The position numbers were made by a program, and so were the translations under genes. A DNA stretch of 26,175 nt, from IMG/VR virus record IMGVR_UViG_3300033067_001491, positions 1-26,175 of that record; one strand, 5' to 3'. How positions within the stretch are numbered: the stretch's first letter is position 1; each line of letters begins with the position of its first letter. The notes beneath the pieces were generated by a model, which was given only the letters and a program-made list of their open reading frames with translations, made no database searches and was not told the DNA's origin. This document shows positions 1 through 6,300 of this stretch, piece by piece. This stretch comes from a virus (taxonomy: Duplodnaviria; Caudoviricetes).

Positions 1-108
1 CGCGCAGACCTCGGCGCGCGCACCGTCGCAGCGCGTCGCCATCGTCGGGCACACGGGCCGCGGGCAGCCCGCGAGCGCGAGGAGCGCGAGAGCCGCGAGG
101 CGCGTCAT
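1..108 (-). CDS. Cys-rich lipoprotein, N-terminal part only (runs off the window)
   Basis: Not in the ORF track. ATG at 108 overlaps the upstream TGA (ATGA). Reads MTRLAALALLALAGCPRPVCPTMATRCDGARAEVCA: basic N-terminus, hydrophobic core, lipobox LAGC, three further Cys. Confidence 0.8.
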   Translation of the reverse strand, partial: MTRLAALALLALAGCPRPVCPTMATRCDGARAEVCA

Positions 109-422
109 CGGTTCACCACCGTCATCACGACCGTCAGCGACCGCTCATGCCCCTCGCTGGTCACGATTGTGTTCGTGAGCGTCACGATGTCGTTGACGAC
201 GCACGCGGACGCGTCCCACCAGCACTTGGTCTGCCGCGACGAGTCGAAGATCGACGGCGCGGGCGAGACGGCGACGGTGAGCGGCGCTTCGGCCGTCCAG
301 GTGGACGACGCGACGGTGACCGTCGTTGCTTCCTCGACGCCCTTCTGCGTGAGCCATGCCGTCCAGTCCACCGACCAGACGTCCACGTCCCCCGCGCCGA
401 TCTGCGTTTTCGTCGTCGTCAT
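105..422 (-). CDS. Phage fibre-tail adaptor-like protein, 105 aa
   Basis: ATGA overlaps at both ends. The DVWSVDWTAWL...VASSTW...LTNTIVTSEG...SLTVVMTV pattern resembles a widespread small beta-rich virion protein family (recognised from memory). Confidence 0.7.
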   Translation of the reverse strand: MTTTKTQIGAGDVDVWSVDWTAWLTQKGVEEATTVTVASSTWTAEAPLTVAVSPAPSIFDSSRQTKCWWDASACVVNDIVTLTNTIVTSEGHERSLTVVMTVVNR

Positions 423-1375
423 GCTGCCTCGGGGAATGCGGCCGACCTGACGTCAGCCTGTACGCTCGCGCTCCTGCGCTCTGCCTCGACGGCCGCGGCT
501 CGGTCGTCCGCACGCGCTCGATCTGCCCGCACGTCGGCGAGGACAGTCACGGCCCGCTCGTCGGTCTGCACGCGCGTCCGGTAGCGGTGCACGATGTCCG
601 GCGCGTCCTCGCCTGCGGTCGCAGCCGTCGCGCTGCCCGAGCTCGTGCCCGCAGCCTCGGCCGTGCTCGCGCCGCTGGCCTGTGCGCTCGCGAGACCTGC
701 CGCCGCGCTGACGCCTGCCGCGTAGCTCGCGCCCGTGGCGCTCGCGGTGGCCGCGCCCGATGCACCCGCCGAGCCGACACCCCACGCCGCGCCCGTCGAT
801 GCCGTCGAGGCCGCGCCTGCCGCGCTGCCGGTGCCCATCGCGACGCCCGTGCCGCTTGCCGCCGCCGCGGCACTGCCTGCCCCGCTGGCCGTCGCGAGAG
901 CCAGGCTCGCGCCCGATGCTGCCGCGCTGGCCGCGCCTGCCGCCGAGGCCGCGCCGAGCGCCAGCGATGCCCCGTCGGCCGATGCCGTGCCCGTGCCCGC
1001 CGAGGTGCCCGACGCGAGCGCGAGGCCGGCGCCGATGGCTGCCGCCGTGGCGATGCCCGCTGCCGTGCCCGTCGCCTCGCCGCCGCCGCCGGCCTCTCCG
1101 ACCGCGTCAGCCGTCGCCGAGCCTGCGGCCGATGCGATGCCCGCCCCGATGCTCGCGCCAGCCGTAGACGCCGCCGAGGTGCCCGCGGCTGTGCCCGTCG
1201 AGGCGGTGCGCGCTGCGCCCGTCGCAGCCGCGATCGCGGTGCCCGCCGCCGTGCCCGTGGCGTCGAGCACGCCAGCGGGCAGGATGCCGCCGTCGAGGAG
1301 CGTGGCCGCGAGGTCGCCCGCGAGGCGGCCTAGCCTCGAGCGCCCCGTGCCGTCGATCGTCGGGCCGAACGGCAT
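419..1375 (-). CDS. Ala/Gly/Ser/Thr-rich repeat protein, probable fibre shaft or scaffold, 318 aa
   Basis: About 11 copies of a 20-aa repeat with fixed Gly positions, followed by 9-aa V.AD.R repeats; coupled to both neighbours. Confidence 0.75.
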   Translation of the reverse strand: MPFGPTIDGTGRSRLGRLAGDLAATLLDGGILPAGVLDATGTAAGTAIAAATGAARTASTGTAAGTSAASTAGASIGAGIASAAGSATADAVGEAGGGGEATGTAAGIATAAAIGAGLALASGTSAGTGTASADGASLALGAASAAGAASAAASGASLALATASGAGSAAAAASGTGVAMGTGSAAGAASTASTGAAWGVGSAGASGAATASATGASYAAGVSAAAGLASAQASGASTAEAAGTSSGSATAATAGEDAPDIVHRYRTRVQTDERAVTVLADVRADRARADDRAAAVEAERRSASVQADVRSAAFPEAA

Positions 1376-1379
1376 CGGA

Positions 1380-2207
1380 TCACGCCGTGCCGATGGCGAT
1401 CGAGCCGGTTAGCGCGCCCGTCGCGGTCGTCGTGCAGAGGACGAGGAAGGAGAGGCAGGCGTCGGCGTGGACGGTCGGAGCGCCGAGGCGAGCCCAGTCG
1501 TAGGTGTCGCCATAGTTGGCGACGGGCGGAAGCGCGAAGGGCGCGATCTCGCGCGTCGCGGTCACGCCGAAACTGCCCGCGGTGAGCGTGCTCGCCGAGA
1601 GCGCCACGGACTCTACCGACTTGATCGGGAGGGGCGTCGCCGCCGCCGGGATGATCGGGAAGATCCGCGAGTCCTGGTTGAGCGGGGACGCGCCGCCGAA
1701 GCTGAGCGTCGTCGTGCGGCTGTTGTTGCCGCTGTCGGTGTACGCGATGGTGGCCGTGACCGCGGTGGTGCCGATGTCGGTGTAGATCTCCAGCCACCAC
1801 TGGACGTCTGAGTAATCCGAGGCGCAGCGCGTTCCAGCGAGCGTGGCGCAGGTCACGTTGGCCGTCTGCGCGGTCGGCGTCGTCGTGCCGGACAGGCCGC
1901 CCATGTGCGCCAGTCGATCGACCAGCACCGTGAGTTGCCCGGCGTTCGCGCTCGACATCGCGGCGCGCAGGACGGCGTTCCGCTGGCCACTGCCGGGGGT
2001 CGCGATGGCTCCGAGCGAGCCCGTGAGCGCGTCCGTGCAGACGGCAGCCGCGCCGGGGATCGCGCCCTGCGCAGGCGTGCCCGTGGCGCGCCAGAGCGAG
2101 GACCAGCCGCCGCTGCCCTGCGTCGCGATCGTCGCCTTGATCACGGGGTAGACGGTCGCCGTCGAGAGCGCCGCAACGATCTCGTCGCGCGTGATGATGC
2201 CAGCCAT
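1380..2207 (-). CDS. Putative virion/fibre-associated protein, 275 aa
   Basis: True start is ATG 2207 (TGATG overlap; MAGIITRDEIVAAL). The ORF-track extension to 2819 is an off-frame reading. Thr/Gly-rich beta-type composition. Confidence 0.7.
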   Translation of the reverse strand: MAGIITRDEIVAALSTATVYPVIKATIATQGSGGWSSLWRATGTPAQGAIPGAAAVCTDALTGSLGAIATPGSGQRNAVLRAAMSSANAGQLTVLVDRLAHMGGLSGTTTPTAQTANVTCATLAGTRCASDYSDVQWWLEIYTDIGTTAVTATIAYTDSGNNSRTTTLSFGGASPLNQDSRIFPIIPAAATPLPIKSVESVALSASTLTAGSFGVTATREIAPFALPPVANYGDTYDWARLGAPTVHADACLSFLVLCTTTATGALTGSIAIGTA

Positions 2208-2641
2208 CAGTCCTCCGTGATGGTGACGGTCGTGAGCCTCGGCGTGACGCCGTCCCCGCAGATGATGTTGGGCGTGATCGCTCCCTTGTAGAGCAGCACG
2301 CCCGCGCCGCTCGACGCGGTGCCGATGCCGAAGTGGGTGGCCGTGCCCGAGCCGCCGGTGCCCGCGGGGAACTCGACGGCGGCGGCGGGCGAGACGCTGT
2401 TGCCTGTGACCGTGAAGCCCGCGCCCGAGCGCGCGACGGCGACACGCGCGTACGAGGTGTACGCGATCTCGCTCGTGGTCTGGTCGCTCGCCTCGCCGGG
2501 GTCGGCGGTGTGCAGCGAGAAGTAGAGGTTGCCCGCGGTCGCGCTGTTCTGCAGGCCTCCCGCGTCGCCGACGTTCGCGAAGTCGGTGTTCTTGAAGAGG
2601 AGCTCGAGGAGCCCGGTCTCGCACGCGTTGGTCTTGCTCAT
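2207..2641 (-). CDS. Phage tail fibre/adaptor subunit, 144 aa
   Basis: Motifs LYFSLHTADPGE, SEIAYTSYARVAVAR, VEFP and THFGIGTASSGAG.LLY.G are typical of a common small phage tail-associated family; AAGGA upstream. Confidence 0.8.
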   Translation of the reverse strand: MSKTNACETGLLELLFKNTDFANVGDAGGLQNSATAGNLYFSLHTADPGEASDQTTSEIAYTSYARVAVARSGAGFTVTGNSVSPAAAVEFPAGTGGSGTATHFGIGTASSGAGVLLYKGAITPNIICGDGVTPRLTTVTITED

Positions 2642-2646
2642 GGTGG

Positions 2647-2985
2647 TCAGTCCTTCTCGGAGTCAGGCTCGGCGAAGAGCGCGGGAGGCGCGAGCAGATC
2701 GCGATCACGCAGGAGCAGCGCCGCACGCGCGACGGCCGCGCGCTCGGAGCCAGAGAGCAGCGCGCCAGAGTCGGCACGCGCGAGGCGGGCGAGCGTCTGC
2801 GCCGTCGTGTGCTTCGCAATCGCGCCCTCGACGGCGTCCGACACGGAGCCAGCCGCAGGGAGGAGCGTGCGCGCCGCGCCGAGCTGCTCGCGCACGGTGG
2901 CTTGCGCCTCGGGCGTGAGCGCGTCGATGAGGCCGGGCAGAGCGCCGACGAGCGAGACGAGGAGTTGCACGAGCTCGGGCCTCAC
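2647..2985 (-). CDS. Hypothetical helical protein, 112 aa, possibly membrane-associated
   Basis: GTG at 2985 overlaps the upstream TGA (GTGA). Reads MRPELVQLLVSLVGALPGLIDALTPEAQ; the 338-aa ORF-track version is over-extended. Confidence 0.65.
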   Translation of the reverse strand: MRPELVQLLVSLVGALPGLIDALTPEAQATVREQLGAARTLLPAAGSVSDAVEGAIAKHTTAQTLARLARADSGALLSGSERAAVARAALLLRDRDLLAPPALFAEPDSEKD

Positions 2986-3707
2986 GACGCACCCCCGAGC
3001 AGCGCGCCGATGTCGAGCGGCGGCAGCGCGACGCCGACGCCTGCGAGCGCGGCGACGACCTCGGCCCACCGGGCGGCCAGCGCGGAGGCGAGCGAGAGCA
3101 GCGCAGGCAACACAAGGCCCTCGTCCGCGAGGCTCGCGACCTCGATCGCGTCGATGTAGCCGCGGGTCGCGACGAGTGCGCCCTCGGCAGCCACGGCGGC
3201 CACACGGCAGCGTTCCGCCGTCGAGTCGATGCACGCGGCAGCGCCGTCGCAGCCGGCGAGCGCGGCATCGCACGCGGGCGCGACGAGTGGCGCGGTGCTG
3301 GCGAGCGTGCCCGCTGCGATGGTGGCGACGGTCGCGTGCGTGCGGAGCGCCGAGGCCCCGCAGCCGAGCGCCGGGAGGCACACGAGGCAGGCGAGCACGA
3401 GCGCGCCGACGCGCAGGGCCCCGCGGTCGCTGTCGCGCGAGAGCGGGTCGTGCTTGTCGAGGCCGTTGGGCGTGCGCGGGGGAGGCGCAACGGGCGGCGG
3501 CGCTGCGTCCTGCGCGGAGAGCATCGCGCGCATCACGGCGAGGCCCACCGAGCCGATCGCGCCGACGCCGGTGAGCATCGTGGCGCGCTGCTCGGGCGAC
3601 GCGACGACCCAGACGGCCACGAGGGCGGCGAGCACGGCGGTCAGCGCGGCAGCCGTCGGCCACTCGATGCGCGGGGCCTTGATGGGGGGCTTGCTTGCGG
3701 TCGTCAT
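2982..3707 (-). CDS. Membrane protein with two N-terminal TM helices and an internal lipobox (holin/spanin-like candidate), 241 aa
   Basis: ATG 3707 in an ATGA overlap. Hydrophobic segments TAAALTAVLAALVAVWVVA and MLTGVGAIGSVGLAVM, a Pro-rich linker, then LRVGALVLACLVCLPALGC and a four-Cys helical region. Confidence 0.65.
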   Translation of the reverse strand: MTTASKPPIKAPRIEWPTAAALTAVLAALVAVWVVASPEQRATMLTGVGAIGSVGLAVMRAMLSAQDAAPPPVAPPPRTPNGLDKHDPLSRDSDRGALRVGALVLACLVCLPALGCGASALRTHATVATIAAGTLASTAPLVAPACDAALAGCDGAAACIDSTAERCRVAAVAAEGALVATRGYIDAIEVASLADEGLVLPALLSLASALAARWAEVVAALAGVGVALPPLDIGALLGGAS

Positions 3708-3856
3708 CGGCGGGAGCCCTTTCCGTACGCTCGGCGGTCGTCGAGCCACGCGTACAACACGACGCTCGCGAGCGCGGCGGCCGTGAGCACGATCGGCAGC
3801 GCGCCGAGCGCGGCGAACGCGAGGCCGACGGTGGTGAACGCTTCGGGCCAGGTCAT
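3704..3856 (-). CDS. Small membrane protein, 50 aa
   Basis: Below the ORF-track cutoff. Reads MTWPEAFTTVGLAFAALGALPIVLTAAALASVVLYAWLDDRRAYGKGSRR and fills the gap exactly, with ATGA overlaps at both ends. Confidence 0.8.
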   Translation of the reverse strand: MTWPEAFTTVGLAFAALGALPIVLTAAALASVVLYAWLDDRRAYGKGSRR

Positions 3857-4197
3857 CGCTGCTGCTCCTCGATCATCGACGCGGTCAGCGCGCCGTGCCG
3901 TCCGGTGTCGTCACGTCGCGAGCGCACGGGGATCACGCGGCCCGTCGAGATGCTGTCGCGAAGCTCCTCGTTCTCGTCGACGAGCGCATCGCTGCGACGC
4001 TCGGCCGCGCGGAGGCTGGCCTCGAGCACGCCCACCCGAGCCTCGAGCTTGCTGACGCGGTCGAGCAGCGACTGCACGAGCTGCGCGCTCGCGTCGGCCT
4101 TGCGTCGGAGCGCGTACGAGATCGCGTTGAGCAGCGCCGCAATGGCCAGCGCCACCGCGGACGTGCCGAAGATGCCGTCCAGCGCGTCGGGAGGCAT
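3853..4197 (-). CDS. Single-TM plus coiled-coil protein (holin-like candidate), 114 aa
   Basis: N-terminal TM IFGTSAVALAIAALLNAISYAL, then RRK and a heptad coiled coil LLDRVSKLEARVGVLEASL...LVDENEELR; position downstream of tail genes. Confidence 0.65.
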   Translation of the reverse strand: MPPDALDGIFGTSAVALAIAALLNAISYALRRKADASAQLVQSLLDRVSKLEARVGVLEASLRAAERRSDALVDENEELRDSISTGRVIPVRSRRDDTGRHGALTASMIEEQQR

Positions 4198-4199
4198 GA

Positions 4200-4598
4200 T
4201 CAGCTCGTCCCCGTGGCTGGCCCGAAGCGGAGCGCGCCGGTCGTGGCCGCGCTGATGTGGCTCATGTGCGTCCAGGTCGAGTCGAGCTTCACGCGCCGCG
4301 GCTCGGAGCCAGCGCGGATCAGCAGATGAGGCACGTTGGCGTCGGCCGTCAGGTTGCCCGAACCGTCGATGGTTGAGCGATCGTCGATGACGGCAGCGCC
4401 CATAGCGGCGCTCGTGCCGAAGCGGATCGCCACGTCCACCGCCGCGCCCGCCGCGGTCCCGGCGGTCGCCTGGAACCAGCAGAATTTGCCGGTCATGTCG
4501 GCGGGGATCACGAGCAGCTCGGCCGCCGCGACCGTGCTCCGCGCGTGCGGGACACCGGGCGTGTAGGCTGCTGCCTGTCTCTCGATTGCGCTGCTCAT
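4200..4598 (-). CDS. Hypothetical phage protein, 132 aa
   Basis: Strong RBS GAGGAG 4 nt before the ATG; protein-like beta-rich composition. Confidence 0.75.
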   Translation of the reverse strand: MSSAIERQAAAYTPGVPHARSTVAAAELLVIPADMTGKFCWFQATAGTAAGAAVDVAIRFGTSAAMGAAVIDDRSTIDGSGNLTADANVPHLLIRAGSEPRRVKLDSTWTHMSHISAATTGALRFGPATGTS

Positions 4599-4615
4599 GT
4601 GGCTCCTCGTTCTTT

Positions 4616-4633
4616 TCTCGCGCGCGCGCGAGA
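4616..4633. repeat. Perfect 18-bp palindrome TCT(CG)6AGA in an intergenic gap
   Basis: Directly visible between the stop at 4645 and the RBS of the 132-aa gene; no downstream U-tract on either strand. Confidence 0.8.
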
Positions 4634-4644
4634 CGGCAGGGCGG

Positions 4645-5676
4645 TCAGGTTCGCGACTCGACCAGCATCACGGACTCGATCCACATCGACCCGCCGCCGC
4701 TCGTGCGCTGGGCGAGCACGGTCACGATCTCTTCGGTCGCGGCTCGCAGGCCGTCGGCCGTCGAGAGGTCTTCCGCGTAGACGTCGAACGAGCCGCTCAC
4801 CCACGTTCCCGCGGTCGCGGTCACGCTGATCGTCACGCTGTCGCCGCTCGTCGCGAGGAACTTGAGCGTTCCAGCGGTACCAACGTCGCAGTACGCGTAG
4901 GCGTAGGCGGTGACGCCGCGCAGCGTCTCGCTGCGGAACTGGTGCGACGGCTGCACCACGGGCCCCTCGTCGAAGATCGACGCCTGCGATCCGCTCTTGT
5001 AGTCGATGCCGTTGCCGCTCGCGCGGAGGTACGCGAAGAGCACGCGCGGATCGTAGAGCTGCGCGTTGCCGATGCCGCGCGAGAGGCCGCCGATCGACAG
5101 GTACGCCGCATCGAAGATCGGCAGGTCCGCGCGCAGCGTGTCGGGGTCCGCGCCGAGGTCGTACGTGTCGCCCTCGAGCGACTGCCGCGGGAGCTCGAAG
5201 CACGCGAGCGCCTGCACGACGATGGTGCCCGTCGAGGTGCCGCCGTTGGCGATTGTCACGGTGACCGCCGTCGGGCCGTTGGCGCGCGTTCCCGTGATCG
5301 TCTCGACGTGGAAGAAGCCGGTATTGCTGACGCGGTACTCCGGCGTCGGCGACTCGACCGCCATGAACGTCGAGGTTCCGCCGCTCGGGTCCGTGAACGT
5401 CCCGTAGGCAACGCCGCTCGCGGTGATCGGCCGCACGAACCAGACGCGGTGCTTTGCCTGGGCCTTCTCGAAGAGCTGCAGGTGATAGGTGCCAGTCGCG
5501 GAGATCGCGATTGCGTTGCCCTCGGGGTGCGTCGCGGGGAGGAGCACGTTCCCGCGGCCCATGAGGTACGCGAGCGCATCGGCGATCCCAGTCATCTGCA
5601 CGCCGCGCACGGGCTTGCCGCTGGCGATGCCGAGGCGTGAGGGCTGCGAGAAGCTGCGAGGAACGCGGGCGACCAT
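4645..5676 (-). CDS. Putative tail tip/receptor-binding protein, 343 aa
   Basis: ATG directly follows the upstream TAG, with GAGG 6 nt upstream; beta-rich; downstream of the large tail protein. Confidence 0.7.
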   Translation of the reverse strand: MVARVPRSFSQPSRLGIASGKPVRGVQMTGIADALAYLMGRGNVLLPATHPEGNAIAISATGTYHLQLFEKAQAKHRVWFVRPITASGVAYGTFTDPSGGTSTFMAVESPTPEYRVSNTGFFHVETITGTRANGPTAVTVTIANGGTSTGTIVVQALACFELPRQSLEGDTYDLGADPDTLRADLPIFDAAYLSIGGLSRGIGNAQLYDPRVLFAYLRASGNGIDYKSGSQASIFDEGPVVQPSHQFRSETLRGVTAYAYAYCDVGTAGTLKFLATSGDSVTISVTATAGTWVSGSFDVYAEDLSTADGLRAATEEIVTVLAQRTSGGGSMWIESVMLVESRT

Positions 5677-6300
5677 CTAGAGCCTCACGAACTGGCGGGC
5701 CATGAGCGACGAGACGCGGATCGACGGCTTGGTGCCGTCCATCAGGCACCACACCTCGAACCAGGCGCGGCGGAAGTAACCGGAACCGGTCTCTGCGCCG
5801 ACGACGTACGAGCCCGACATCGCGATCTCAGGATGCCGCGTGCTCATCGCCTCGGGGCGCACGTAGAGAGTGCCGCTCGCGAGCGTCGGAGTCGTGCCCG
5901 CGATCGTGTGCTGCGCCTGGTAGGTGTGCGTCCCGTTCAGGAACGGAGCGATCGAGTCGGTGCCGATGCGGATGCCGAAGAGCGAGTTACCCGAGCCGCC
6001 CGAGCGGTAGCCCTTGAAGCGGTACACGACGTTGGCGCTGCCGCCGTCGGCCGCTGTGATCATGCGGAACGGCCAGCGGTCGATCAGCCGGTACTGCGAC
6101 GCGCTCGGCTCGTCCTGGCGCAGCGCGTTCCCGAGGCCCGTCTCGCTCACGATATTGACGATGTGCGGATGGTGCGCGTCGTAGAGGTGGCCGACGTTGT
6201 TGACCAGGCAGTCCGACACCGCGCCCGCATCGACGCCGTCGTCCTCGCGTAGCTGCGACGCGACGCCGCGGATGTACGCTCCTCGGAAGCCTGTGCTCAT
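5677..6300 (-). CDS. Putative tail tip protein, 207 aa
   Basis: ATGA overlap with the 913-aa gene; GAGGA upstream; beta-sandwich-like composition. Confidence 0.7.
   Translation of the reverse strand: MSTGFRGAYIRGVASQLREDDGVDAGAVSDCLVNNVGHLYDAHHPHIVNIVSETGLGNALRQDEPSASQYRLIDRWPFRMITAADGGSANVVYRFKGYRSGGSGNSLFGIRIGTDSIAPFLNGTHTYQAQHTIAGTTPTLASGTLYVRPEAMSTRHPEIAMSGSYVVGAETGSGYFRRAWFEVWCLMDGTKPSIRVSSLMARQFVRL

Noticed and set aside
620-1260. Repetitive GCC-rich DNA as a CRISPR array or DNA tandem repeat
   Set aside because: The periodicity is at the protein level with degenerate codons; there are no identical repeats with unique spacers.
4616-4633. Palindrome as an intrinsic terminator
   Set aside because: No U-tract follows the stem on either strand.
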